DNA from: the human T2T-CHM13v2.0 reference genome, Homo sapiens
Direction: 5' to 3' (one strand)
DNA: 64,000 nt
NCBI RefSeq assembly: GCF_009914755.1
Contig: NC_060931.1
Shown here: positions 14,647-46,371 of the stretch, piece by piece
Numbering within the stretch: the first letter of the stretch is position 1
Layout of the letters: each line of letters opens with the position of its first letter
Notes under the pieces: generated by a model
Told to the model about the DNA's origin: nothing
Seen by the model: the letters and a program-made list of their open reading frames with translations, nothing else
Database searches by the model: none
Position numbers and translations under genes: made by a program

Positions 14647-15591
14647 ATGTTGATGAATTACTCTAGTGCCACTGAATTTTATCTCCTTGGCTTCCCTGGC
14701 TCTGAAGAACTACATCATATCCTTTTTGCTATATTCTTCTTTTTCTACTTGGTGACATTAATGGGAAACACAGTCATCATCATGATTGTCTGTGTGGATA
14801 AACGTCTGCAGTCCCCCATGTATTTCTTCCTCGGCCACCTCTCTGCCCTGGAGATCCTGGTCACAACCATAATCGTCCCCGTGATGCTTTGGGGATTGCT
14901 GCTCCCTGGGATGCAGACAATATATTTGTCTGCCTGTGTTGTCCAGCTCTTCTTGTACCTTGCTGTGGGGACAACAGAGTTCGCATTACTTGGAGCAATG
15001 GCTGTGGACCGTTATGTGGCTGTCTGTAACCCTCTGAGGTACAACATCATTATGAACAGACACACCTGCAACTTTGTGGTTCTTGTGTCATGGGTGTTTG
15101 GGTTTCTTTTTCAAATCTGGCCGGTCTATGTCATGTTTCAGCTTACTTACTGCAAATCAAATGTGGTGAACAATTTTTTTTGTGACCGAGGGCAATTGCT
15201 CAAACTATCCTGCAATAATACTCTTTTCACGGAGTTTATCCTCTTCTTAATGGCTGTTTTTGTTCTCTTTGGTTCTTTGATCCCTACAATTGTCTCCAAC
15301 GCCTACATCATCTCCACCATTCTCAAGATCCCGTCATCCTCTGGCCGGAGGAAATCCTTCTCCACTTGTGCCTCCCACTTCACCTGTGTTGTGATTGGCT
15401 ACGGCAGCTGCTTGTTTCTCTACGTGAAACCCAAGCAAACGCAGGCAGCTGATTACAATTGGGTAGTTTCCCTGATGGTTTCAGTAGTAACTCCTTTCCT
15501 CAATCCTTTCATCTTCACCCTCCGGAATGATAAAGTCATAGAGGCCCTTCGGGATGGGGTGAAACGCTGCTGTCAACTATTCAGGAATTAG
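14647..15591 (+). CDS. OR9A4: Olfactory receptor 9A4, intronless 7TM GPCR, 314 aa
   Basis: Intact ORF with OR motifs: N-glycosylation site NYS, GN in TM1, LQSPMYFFL, MAVDRYVAVCNPLRY, FFCD, KSFSTCASH, PFLNPFIFTLRN. Protein matches recalled OR9A4, and CLEC5A synteny agrees. Confidence 0.96.
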   Translation: MLMNYSSATEFYLLGFPGSEELHHILFAIFFFFYLVTLMGNTVIIMIVCVDKRLQSPMYFFLGHLSALEILVTTIIVPVMLWGLLLPGMQTIYLSACVVQLFLYLAVGTTEFALLGAMAVDRYVAVCNPLRYNIIMNRHTCNFVVLVSWVFGFLFQIWPVYVMFQLTYCKSNVVNNFFCDRGQLLKLSCNNTLFTEFILFLMAVFVLFGSLIPTIVSNAYIISTILKIPSSSGRRKSFSTCASHFTCVVIGYGSCLFLYVKPKQTQAADYNWVVSLMVSVVTPFLNPFIFTLRNDKVIEALRDGVKRCCQLFRN

Positions 15592-16078
15592 CCTTGCTCT
15601 GAGGACTTTTACATGGTAAAGCACTTAGTATGGATTCTAGAATAATCTGAAAAGAACTTGCTCATCTTTGAACTGCATCATAATTATTGCCATTATCAAA
15701 TGATTTGCATGCAACAAAATACTTTTAAGTTACAGCTACGGTTTTTAGTATGCTTAGTTGTTACTTGAAACTCAGTCTATTATTTTTAAGACATGTCTTG
15801 CTATCTAGCTATCTATCTATCATCTGCCTTTCTTAAGATATGATGATTTCACAATTAAACTTTGAAAAATTAAATGTCAGAGATAGACTATCTATATAGT
15901 CTAGAAAATAGACTAGTGGTTGCTTAGGGCTGAGGGGAATGCAGACATAGGGTAGTGATAGCTATGGGGTACAGGCTTTCTTTTTGAAATGATGGTTGTA
16001 AATATCTATGAATATACCAAAAATCATTGAACTATACATTTTCAATGAGTCAACTTTATGGAATGTGATTTATATTTC

Positions 16079-16084
16079 AATAAA
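16079..16084 (+). terminator. Candidate OR9A4 poly(A) signal AATAAA within an old L1 3'-end fragment (~15870-16090)
   Basis: First + strand AATAAA I found downstream of the OR9A4 stop. Flanking sequence resembles an L1M 3' terminus. Confidence 0.4.
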
Positions 16085-16432
16085 GCTTTTGAAAATAGTA
16101 TATTAGATCATGAAGAAGTATTGTGAAGAAAAGTGAAACAGGAATGAAAGGGAATATCTCTTGCAGGAGTGTTGAAATTTCAAATAAGGTTTTCAGGGAA
16201 GGATTGAGAGAGGTAAGGTGGTGATACATTCGGAAACTTGTTAAAGAACATTCCAGGCATAGTGAGTAATAAGTGAGAGATCCTAGGGAAGGCATAACAA
16301 AGATGCTGAAATGGAGTGTGCAGAGGAGAAAGCAATGGCAGTCAGAGTGGTAACTGGAATGCAGACCATGTAGAGCCTTGTGAGCCTTTTTTTTTTTCCA
16401 GGTATGCAAAAAGATAATATTATTTTACTATT

Positions 16433-16470
<38 letters not shown>

Positions 16471-16676
16471 TATTATACTCTAAGTTTTAGGGTACATGTG
16501 CACATTGTGCAGGTTAGTTACATATGTATACATGTGCCATGCTGGTGCGCTGCACCCACTAATGTGTCATCTAGCATTAGGTATATCTCCCAATGCTATC
16601 CCTCCCCCCTTCCCCGACCCCACCACAGTCCCCAGAGTGTGATATTCCCCTTCCTGTGTCCATGTGATCTCATTGT

Positions 16677-20528
<3,852 letters not shown>

Positions 20529-20567
20529 TCATTAGTTGATGCAGTTTCTTCCTAGTCTCGATGGTCT

Positions 20568-21584
20568 TTACATTTTGGCATGATTTTGCAGCGGCTGGTA
20601 CCGGTTGTTCCTTTCCATGTTTAGCGCTTCCTTCAGGAGCTCTTTTAGGGCAGGCCTGGTGGTGACAAAATCTCTCAACATTTGCTTGTCTATAAAGTAT
20701 TTTATTTCTCCTTCACTTATGAAGGTTAGTTTGGCTGGATATGAAATTCTGGGTTGAAAATTCTTTTCTTTAAGAATGTTGAATATTGGCCCCCACTCTC
20801 TTCTGGCTTGTAGGGTTTCTGCCGAGAGATCCGCTGTTATTCTGATGGGCTTTCCTTTGAGGGTAACCCGACCTTTCTCTCTGGCTGCCCTTAACATTTT
20901 TTCCTTCATTTCAACTTTGGTGAATCTGACAATTATGTGTCTTGGAGTTGCTCTTCTCGAGGAGTATCTTTGTGGCGTTCTCTGTATTTCCTGAATCTGA
21001 ACGTTGGCCTGCCTTGCTAGATTGGGGAAGTTCTCCTGGATAATATCCTGCAGAGTGTTTTCCAACTTGGTTCCATTCTCCACATCACTTTCAGGTACAC
21101 CAATCAGACGTAGATTTGGTCTTTTCACATAGTCCCATATTTCTTGGAGGCTTTGCTCATTTCTTTTTATTCTTTTTTCTCTAAACTTCCCTTCTCGCTT
21201 CATTTCATTCATTTCATCTTCCATTGCTGATACCCTTTCTTCCAGTTGATCGCATCGGCTCCTGAGGCTTCTGCATTCTTCACGTAGTTCTCGAGCCTTG
21301 GTTTTCAGCTCCATCAGCTCCTTTAAGCACTTCTCTGTATTGGTTATTCTAGTTATACATTCTTCTAAATTTTTTTCAAAGTTTTCAACTTCTTTGCCTT
21401 TGGTTTGAATGTCCTCCCGTAGCTCAGAGTAATTTGATCGTCTGAAGCCTTCTTCTCTCAGCTCGTCAAAATCATTCTCCATCCAGCTTTGTTCTGTTGC
21501 TGGTGAGGAACTGCGTTCCTTTGGAGGAGGAGAGGCGCTCTGCGTTTTAGAGTTTCCAGTTTTTCTGTTCTGTTTTTTCCCCAT
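20568..21584 (-). CDS. L1 ORF1p RNA-binding chaperone, 338 aa
   Basis: Canonical length; coiled coil, REKG, ARR, YPAKL(T); 63-nt inter-ORF spacer. Confidence 0.98.
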   Translation of the reverse strand: MGKKQNRKTGNSKTQSASPPPKERSSSPATEQSWMENDFDELREEGFRRSNYSELREDIQTKGKEVENFEKNLEECITRITNTEKCLKELMELKTKARELREECRSLRSRCDQLEERVSAMEDEMNEMKREGKFREKRIKRNEQSLQEIWDYVKRPNLRLIGVPESDVENGTKLENTLQDIIQENFPNLARQANVQIQEIQRTPQRYSSRRATPRHIIVRFTKVEMKEKMLRAAREKGRVTLKGKPIRITADLSAETLQARREWGPIFNILKEKNFQPRISYPAKLTFISEGEIKYFIDKQMLRDFVTTRPALKELLKEALNMERNNRYQPLQNHAKM

Positions 21585-22487
21585 CTTTGTGGTTTTATCT
21601 ACTTTTGGTCTTTGATGATGGTGATGTACAGATGGGTTTTCGGTGTAGATGTCCTTTCTGGTTGTTAGTTTTCCTTCTAACAGACAGGACCCTCAGCTGC
21701 AGGTCTGTTGGAATACCCTGCCGTGTGAGGTGTCAGTGTGCCCCTGCTGGGGGGTGCCTCCCAGTTAGGCTGCTCGGGGGTCAGGAGTCAGGGACCCACT
21801 TGAGGAGGCAGTCTGCCCGTTCTCAGATCTCCAGCTGCGTGCTGGGAGAACCACTGCTCTCTTCAAAGCTGTCAGACAGGGACACTTAAGTCTGCAGAGG
21901 TTACTGCTGTCTTTTTGTTTGTCTGTGCCCTGCCCCCAGAGGTGGAGCCTACAGAGGCAGGCAGGCCTCCTTGAGCTGTGGTGGGCTCCACCCAGTTCGA
22001 GCTTCCCGGCTGCTTTGTTTACCTAAGCAAGCCTGGGCAATGGCGGGCGCCCCTCCCCCAGCCTCGTTGCCGCCTTGCAGTTTGATCTCAGACTGCTGTG
22101 CTAGCAATCAGCGAGATTCCGTGGGCGTAGGACCCTCCGAGCCAGGTGTGGGATATAGTCTCGTGGTGCGCCGTTTCTTAAGCCGGTCTGAAAAGCGCAA
22201 TATTCGGGTGGGAGTGACCCGATTTTCCAGGTGCGTCCGTCACCCCTTTCTTTGACTCGGAAAGGGAACTCCCTGACCCCTTGCGCTTCCCAGGTGAGGC
22301 AATGCCTCGCCCTGCTTCGGCTCGCGCACGGTGCGCACACACACTGGCCTGCGCCCACTGTCTGGCACTCCCTAGTGAGATGAACCCGGTACCTCAGATG
22401 GAAATGCAGAAATCACCGTCTTCTGCGTCGCTCACGCTGGGAGCTGTAGACCGGAGCTGTTCCTATTCGGCCATCTTGGCTCCTCCC
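21585..22487. promoter_or_regulatory. L1 5'UTR CpG-rich bidirectional promoter (sense promoter on -, antisense promoter on +)
   Basis: CpG-dense L1HS 5'UTR. Sense and antisense promoter activity is established for this element family. Confidence 0.85.
22040..22255 (+). CDS. L1 antisense ORF0, 71 aa (MAGAPPPASLPP...VRHPFL)
   Basis: ATG at 22040 in good Kozak context (gcaATGG), antisense within the L1 5'UTR. Matches recalled primate ORF0. Confidence 0.85.
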   Translation: MAGAPPPASLPPCSLISDCCASNQRDSVGVGPSEPGVGYSLVVRRFLSRSEKRNIRVGVTRFSRCVRHPFL

Positions 22488-22499
22488 TCTCTTTTTTTT

Positions 22500-23068
22500 A
22501 AAATTATACTTTAAGTCCTAGGGTACATGTGCACAATGTGCAGGTTTGTTACATATGTATACATGTGCCATGTTGGTGTGCTGCACCCACTAACTTATCA
22601 TTTATATTAGGTATTTCTCCTAATGCTGTCCCTCCCCTCTCCTCACACCCCACGACAGGCCCTGGTGTGTGATGTTCCCTGCCTGGTGTCCAAGTGCTCT
22701 CATTATTCAATTCCCACCTATGAGTGAGAACATGTGGTGTTTGGTTTTCTGTCTTTGCGATAGCTTGCTCAGAATGATGGTTTCCAGCTTCATCCATGTC
22801 CCTACAAAGGACATGAACTCTCATCCTTTTTTGTGGCTGCATAGTATTCCATGGTGTATATGTGCCACATTTTCTTAATCCAGTCTATCACTGATGGACA
22901 TTTGGGTTGGTTCCAAGTCTTTGCTATTGTGAATAGTGCCACAATAAACATACGTGTGCATGTGTCTTTATAGTAGCGTGATTTATAATCCTTTGGGTAT
23001 ATACCCAGTAATGGGATCACTGGGTCAAATGGTATTTCTAGTTCTAGATCCTTGAGGAATCGCCACAC
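22500..23068 (-). mobile_element. 5'-truncated older L1PA 3' end (host of the L1HS insertion)
   Basis: L1 3'UTR and ORF2 C-terminus ([23 protein letters not shown]...), diverged from L1HS. TSD TGAGCCTTTT at 16381-16390 and 23069-23078. Confidence 0.9.
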
Positions 23069-23150
23069 TGAGCCTTTTAAGGATGTTTGCTCTTTCCAGA
23101 AGCACATTGGAAAACCATCACAGGGGGCTGAAGAAGAGTGACAGAATCTG

Positions 23151-23156
23151 TTTAAT
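23151..23156 (-). terminator. CLEC5A: Probable CLEC5A distal poly(A) signal ATTAAA (3'UTR ~2.7 kb)
   Basis: tttaat on +; gives an mRNA of ~3.5 kb, consistent with recalled transcript length. Confidence 0.55.
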
Positions 23157-25880
23157 GTTTTAACAAGATCATCCTGGTTGCTGGATGAACAATACACGAA
23201 AGGACAATAAAGGGAGAAGGATGAAGGCCAGATGGAGATTGCATCAGTTAGATTTTGCTATACGAGAGATAACCAGAAAACTCCAGTGGTATACAGTGAT
23301 AAGTTTTTATTTTTGTGCTTAGAGTTTCAGCTGATCTAGGGTGGCTCTGCTGATCTCAGGTGGATTTGTTCGTGAGTCTAAGGGTTGGATGGGGGTTGGC
23401 TGACCTAGGCTGGGCCCACATTTGAGGTCATGAAAAGTGTGTCTTTGATCTCATGTGGCTTGGCCACAACATTTTTAAGGCACCCTTCTCTGACTTGCAC
23501 AAATTTTTATTCCCATATTATAAATGAGTAAACAAGTTCTGAAAAATGAAGTGGCTTGCCTACATTAAGCTTCTAGCAAATTGAAAAGCTACTTCTTGGA
23601 TGAAGATCTCAACTTCAAATCCTCCACAAAATGCTTCTCCTAATGTCTAATGCCATTGAGATACATAGAGGAATGTTATTTAATATGTGCAATAATTTTT
23701 TGAGATAGGTATTACTACCCCATTTTATCAGTAAGGAAATTAAGACCAAGAAAGGGTAAGAAAACTGTACTGATTCACACAGCATATTAGAAACAAAGTG
23801 AAAACTCAAATTCAGTGGCTTGCTAAATTTTCATTGCCTTTTTTTTTTTTAAAGCATGCCACTGCTATCTAATAAGGATCACATTTATCTAAGCTTGCAA
23901 GGATCCAGGAACTCTCCCAATGATGAACTTAAACCAAATCCCACATATTCCCTATCTACTCCCCACTCCCACCCCAGGCCATTGGGCTCCTTTTAGAACC
24001 TGCACAGAAGTGTCTCCTAATCTTGGGGGAAATTAAACTGTCTACTAAAGAAATCACTAGATGTCTACATTTCCTGATCTTAAAAGTTTGCAGTTATTCT
24101 GTCATGAAATAGGAAGTGAAGCAACTACAGTTCTCTCTTCTCAAAACAGAAGGATTAGGATTTCCTTTCTGTTGTCTGAGTTCTGGGGCTTGCCTTTGGC
24201 TAGAGTTCTGTTGATATTTTTCTCCACCTAGACTCAGCCTTTCTTCCCTTCTCAACGGTAGCACTTATCCTTTCCCAACACAGTCAGAGAACTTGTATCT
24301 CCACCGGCTACTAATATAATTCCAATTTCCACCCCATCTCAAACACAAATTACTTCTGGTAATTCCCTTCAAGCAAGTTCTGACACCTGATGTGTTATCT
24401 CATGTTAAAAAATTGTAAGTGGCCATGCTAAGGAGCCAAAAATGATGAAACCTAGGAATGCAGAAGCAGAACTTAGTGTTGTAATAAAAAATATGATTTA
24501 CAACAATCTTGTTTGGTATACATACAATGACATGTACAGTCATTACTGTGCTACATTGTTATTAGACACAAAATGGTATGTGCTGTACTTTGGTGACTAT
24601 TATTTCCATCAGTTTTATACATGGTCTTCCTTATGGTTTAATTATTCTTACTCAAAACACAAAAGGCATCTCTTTTCTCTCTCTTATGCACCAAGCAGAG
24701 TATATAGCTGATGTCTTGTGAGTGTGGAGAACAGCCAGGGTACTCCAAGACTTGTCTTCCTCTTTCTTGCCTTTCTTCCAGTGTGGCCAAATGAACTCCC
24801 TGTTTCCTGTCTCAGGTGATTTCCATTTGACCCTGATGTTCCCTTTTTACTATGTGCTTATTCCGTGCCCCCAGCCAATGTTTCCCTGAGCAGCCCTTCT
24901 CTTTTCCTACTCTTCGTCGGCTGGACCAGTTCTAGATCAATGTGATGCCAATCAGTGCCAGGCTCCTTGGGGTCAGTAGGCTGTGCCTGGTATCAGGCTT
25001 TCTCCAGAACTGAAGGGATGAATATATTGTGATTATTGTTGCCTAAGAGACTATCCAAAATTTTAAAAATACTCAACAAATACAGCCAGGTACTCAAAAC
25101 CTTCAGAGCAAAGGAAGCCTGCTTACCTAAATTTTGGTTACAAAGGAGTTACATATGTTATAATGGAGTTTCAGAAATATGACAAGGGAATTTTTAGCTT
25201 AAGTGTCTCTTCAGGGCTTTGCTGAAGAACAGAAATCTAGTGTGTTTGGCTCCCTTGGCTGCCTGGTTTTCTTCAAAGGGGTCTCCAAGAAGGTTCCTAT
25301 CCTGCCCAGACCTCTCTCCATTCCCATAAACAATGCTGCTGTCCGTGCTGCTCCAAGCTCAGCACTAGGAGCCCTCCCCAAGGCCAAGCCTTAGTTCAGA
25401 CTGAGGAGAGCCTCTGCTACCCTCGCTTGTGGAGTTAGGAGGGGCATGTGAATGGGGTTCCCTTGAGAACAGAGACGAAGTCACAGGACCTATGTTTATC
25501 CCTCTTCCACCATGGTAATCCCTAAATAATGTTTATAATTTCTCACTCTACAGTTACTCCCTAGTAGTATGGTATACTCTGAGGCTAAAATAAAACAAAC
25601 CCTGTCAACAGACTAGGCCTTTTTGATCAGTCAGAAATGCTCAGTACTACAGAAGCGGACCTCATCTCTATACTAACTGAGTTGTTTCCGTAAAACTGAT
25701 CCTGTCTCCTGGAGATGGCTAGCATCCAGTCCCCCAGTGCAGAAGAAAGAAGCTCAGTTTCCCAAATGGGCAAGGACCGCTACTGGTAGACAGATAGGTA
25801 AGTAAAAGAATCATTGGCCAGACGACCTGTATGGATTCAAAAAGAGTTGCAAGTATAGTTCTTGTCACAGGGAACTGTGA

Positions 25881-42049
<16,169 letters not shown>

Positions 42050-42563
42050 GATGAAGGAGCTGCAGGGGCCTGTGAAGATTAGAGCACAGCAGCATCAGAA
42101 TTCGGGTACAAGGCTGCTTTTCACTAGGACATATCCCAGCCTCTCGCTCAGAGTACCCAAAGCAAGGCAGGCTTGGAAGACAGGCATGACATTGACAGGT
42201 ACCAGGAGGTGACCCAGCGTGGGCCGCGAACACAGAAAGAATCATGTATTGATTGGAGCCTTGGAACTTGGCATACTGCCTCTCCTTCACTCATTCCCTA
42301 CTCCAGGCCTCAGCCTTGCCCTATTTGTGGCCTCCTAAATTCTGTCTAATAATTAAACCCTCTCCTGTATTTTGAGAACCCTTATCTTTGGAATGACCCT
42401 TGTTCCCAAGGACCTTAGTCTGTAGCCTTCACCATACTGACTTAAGTTGTCAGAAGCCTCAGTCTTCCAAATACCAGGGGTAGGTGACAGACAGGACAGG
42501 CATCCCTGAAGGTCTTGGCATTGGTCAACAGTCCATGCAGCCAAGACAGACAGACAGACTCAC

Positions 42564-42735
42564 CTCTTTCTCCCTGGAAGGCTAGGCTTGCTTGCAGATG
42601 GGGGTCTTCCTGGTGGCCTAATGCTTGGTGTGGCAGGCAGGGGCCCCGTCTCCTGAGAATATGCTCCTTTTGCCCAAGCAACGTTCTTCCTTCTTCACAG
42701 TCTCTGCCTTGGTAGCATCCCCAAGAAATACCTCT
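42564..42735 (-). other. CLEC5A: CLEC5A exon 1 (5'UTR); TSS approximate
   Basis: Donor AAAGAG|gtgagt at 42563; sequence matches recalled mRNA 5' end. Confidence 0.7.
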
Positions 42736-42910
42736 TCCTGTTCAGTGGGGTTCTTGGCAAAGGGAGCAGGCGGGGCAAAGAAGGGAAGAGACTCTCTAGC
42801 CCTAGTGGTGGCAAGAGCAGACTTCCTGCCAGGAGAGTTCTAATGCAGAGGAACATTTTAAGGACAATTTGGAAAACAAAATACCTCAACACAGATTCAC
42901 CCTTCCTCTG
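42731..42910 (-). promoter_or_regulatory. CLEC5A: CLEC5A proximal promoter with clustered ETS/PU.1 GGAA cores
   Basis: CAGGAAGAGG (42731-42740), CAGGAAGT (42821-42828), GAGGAA on + (~42848), CAGAGGAAGG (42901-42910). Consistent with a PU.1-driven myeloid gene. Confidence 0.55.
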
Positions 42911-43476
42911 TGTCTAAATCTCCTTGAAATACAGTGGGAAGAGAAATGTAGTAAAATTTTAACAAACATTGAATCTGGATAAAAGGTAGCTGGAAGTTAT
43001 TTGTACTTTCCTTACAACATTTCTGCAAGTCTGAAATTATGTCAAGTTAAAAATGTTAAGAAATCCAGTTGAAGACACTAATATGAATGAGCAGGTTCTT
43101 GCTGTTCCATTTGCTCCATTTGCTGGAGCTCTGCTCATTCCCCTTTATCATGGACTCCTCTCTGGCACCACCTGCTCACCTTCCAGACCTCATGGTGGCT
43201 CTTCAGTGTTTCTTGAACATGGCACTCTGCTGGATACAGCAGTGGGCTGGGGTGAACAATACTCAAGTCCTATTGTCAAGGAGTTTTTAATTTCGTGTTA
43301 AATTTGAAAATTTGCTTTTATTTTCCCTACTATGAAAACTACTGTGCTCATGACAAAAAAAATGGCTGGAAAATATTAACAAGGAAAATTGAGAAAACAA
43401 AACCATTTATAACCTTGTACATTTAGTTATAGTCATTGCTAGCACCTCAGGGTGTATCCTTTCGAGATGAGTAGGT

Positions 43477-43512
43477 AGATAGAAAGATAGATGGATAGAT
43501 AGATAGATAGAC
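43477..43512. repeat. (GATA)n-type tetranucleotide repeat
   Basis: Read directly from the sequence. Confidence 0.9.
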
Positions 43513-45187
43513 AGAAAAACACTGGTTCACAAAGAACAATGGGAACATATTGTACATATTGTTTTGCAATCTATCTGCTCAAGATTAAGCTAACACTATG
43601 TTATATATATCTTTTCATGTCAAAATATAGATTTTGATAATGTATTATTTAATATGTGCATAGCATTCAGGTGTAAAACTATATGATTTATTTATTCAGG
43701 TGTAAAAGTATATTATTTCTTTAACAATTGCATAACCACAAATCTTCTAGTAAAGTGTGGTGGACAAGAACAAAGTTTTAAAAATCAGTCCTGCTTTTGA
43801 TTCCTGGAGCTGACCTTCACTAGCTGAACATCCTTGATTAAGTTACTGAGTCTCTTTACCTTCCATTTCTTTATCTATAAATAGGAGTAATTATAGTAAA
43901 TACCACATAGGATTGTTCCGAGAAATGAGCAAGATAATGCTTGTAATTTCAATAGCGTGATACTCAGCATCTTAAACATAAATCCTTAGTATTCTAACTA
44001 TTTTCTAAAACTCTTCTAACTATCTTCCCAATGCACAGTGAACAGCTAAGTGCATGCATCCTTTTACATGTCCTTAATAACTTTCTTGGGCTAAGTTATC
44101 AGAAATATAAATGCTGGATCAAAAGACATGTACATTTGGAGGGCTTTGGAACATTAAAGTTGTGTTTTGTTCTACTTGGATAGTCCTCTGTGTTTTTGAA
44201 AAATCTCATTGAACCTGATTTATCTGGTCACAAGGTAATTACTTCTAGACCCTAGATTGCTGTCCAGAAGGATCCACATATTTATTGGACAATAAATATG
44301 GCCAATTATGCCAGCTATGTTAGGAAGTATGGGAATCAGGAGACTTGGTTATTATTATTTAGAAAGTTTTTAACAGAGACTTTCTGAATAACTTAATAAA
44401 ATCTATACACTTGGATAGCAAGTGAATCTTTTATAACAAAGAGGTATAAGAGATCTTTCAAATATCATCAAAAGAGAAGAAAATGTCATAGTATAAAAGG
44501 ATGTCCACAGAAGTTTTGGGGGTAGTACTCTGACTGATGCATTGTGGGACACCTCTGCTCTGCTAGAAAATCTAAAGAAAAATCTAAATTCTTGTTCAAG
44601 GCTTCGCACTGCAATGCTTCTCTTAAACTCGACATTATCAGAAACCTTGCTAAAAAAAAGCCAATATCTGCAATGGCAAATGCAACTGAGGGGTTACTAG
44701 AGATGAAGTCAATAGCATTGGGGGCCCATGCCCATTGCTTTGGGAAAATAATAAGAAAGGGGCTTCTAGTCACACAATTGTAAGGAAATACCCACACATT
44801 GTTTTTTGGGGAAAAAACCATGAGATCACTAATTTTTAATCAGTTATTGCAGACTGGGATAACAAATTCTCTGCTTAGTGAGTCAAATTAGATTTTTTTC
44901 ACTAGGCTGAGTCCTAAAAATAAAGAAAAAAGTTTTATTGAAGAGTAAAACTGAAATTTAACTTTGGCAATCTTCATGTGACATCAAGTTGGAAATGCTA
45001 AGTCTTTAGGGACTGTATTATGCAATATTATAATTGCCTGAGCAGACAACGGAGTCACCTCTACATTGTAATTACCAAAGAGTTAAGAAGACCATGCCCA
45101 CAATTGTAGGTAATTTGGAAGGGACACAGTGTATGGCTAAACAAGACTTCTGGGTTATCGTGTGTGTTTTGTGGGGGAAAATGGCAG

Positions 45188-45193
<6 letters not shown>

Positions 45194-45229
<36 letters not shown>
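45194..45229. repeat. (GT)n microsatellite
   Basis: Read directly from the sequence. Confidence 0.95.
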
Positions 45230-45231
<2 letters not shown>

Positions 45232-46371
45232 TGACATGGATAGTCATTAAAAGCTTTCCTATCCTAACGAGCAAAAAAAGAGGATCTATAACGTTTTCTT
45301 AATCCAGCTCCCAGGATCAGCTGTTGATGCTGATAGGCTATGGCACCACACAGCTGGACTGCTATTTTCAGAATGTTTACCCTATGGTGACAGTGGCAGC
45401 AACAATACCAACTTGGTGGACTGATCAGACTTTGTCAAAGTAGGAACTGTAACTGCCACATTTGGATTAGGTGTCCATGGGGTATCAAGAAAGGAAACCA
45501 AAAGAAGAAAGGACATCCTATGATTCATTAATTGGAGTTTCAAGTGGTATCAACATGAATATTTACAGACATAACTTTATTTTGTATCTCAAGATGATAA
45601 AGACTAGTACTGTCTCTTGAGCCTTATTAGTAGCATATATATATATTTATATACATATGTACATACGTAAGTATATGTATATTTCCTTAAATGTATATTG
45701 CTGGAATTCTCTCAGGCAGTTTAGTGAGAAAACCTGAAAATTTGAAAGAGACCTGATGTTTCCCCTTATCTTCACAGTCAGAATTTTTGAATGGATTGCC
45801 AGTTTTCACAGCCCCCTCTTCCCCACCTCCTGCTTTCTCCTCAGCTCACGCCAGTCTGAGTTCCACTATGACCACATCACTAAGTGCTGACTCCCACTCG
45901 ATGAATTAAATGGGCTCCTTTCAGTCTTTACGCCACTTGTGGCAGAGGCCCACATTGGCCTACATTGTATAATCTTTTTCTTGGTCTCCATAATTTTACA
46001 TTCTCCTGACTTTCTTCCCTTCTCCCTGGCCTCTCCATTTATTATTTTTCTCCTCTGCCTATTCCTCAGATTTTGTAGTTATCCCTCCTCTCTTCATCTC
46101 ACGGTTTTAATCACCATGTTCATGAAGTTGATTCCTAAATCTTTATCAGAGAGCTTCAGATCTATATATCTCTGACTAGCTACATTTTTCATTGAGGTGC
46201 TTCGCAGACACCCCAGAGTCACCATTTCCCAAAATGTATTAATTGCTATACCATGGCCAAAACAAGTTCATTCTCTTATGTTCCATGTCTCTGAATGTAA
46301 AGACCATTTGTTTAGTTGCCTGAATCATGAAGTGTGGGTATTATCCTTGGCTTCTCTAATTCCATCCCATC

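Larger units (their letters stand above)
10510..15150 (+). repeat. Ancient tandem duplication, copy 2 (contains OR9A4 upstream region and CDS 5' half)
   Basis: Same anchors as copy 1. Differences are copy-specific insertions (THE1/MST in copy 1, Alu in copy 2) and indels. Confidence 0.9.

Noticed and set aside
25865-25880. Hairpin TCACAG-N4-CTGTGA immediately after the CLEC5A stop codon
   Set aside because: A 6-bp stem is common by chance, and the stop lacks the UGA-CUAG read-through context.
43665-43715. Short tandem duplications (also ~9788-9816 and ~53453-53484)
   Set aside because: Ordinary slippage duplications of 17-29 bp in or near old repeats. They have no spacers and are not CRISPR-like.
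44340-45000. - strand hydrophobic frames with MKIA and CYPSV, faintly like a TAS2R/V1R relic
   Set aside because: Only two short motifs, with wrong spacing and many stops. Indistinguishable from chance without a profile-HMM search.
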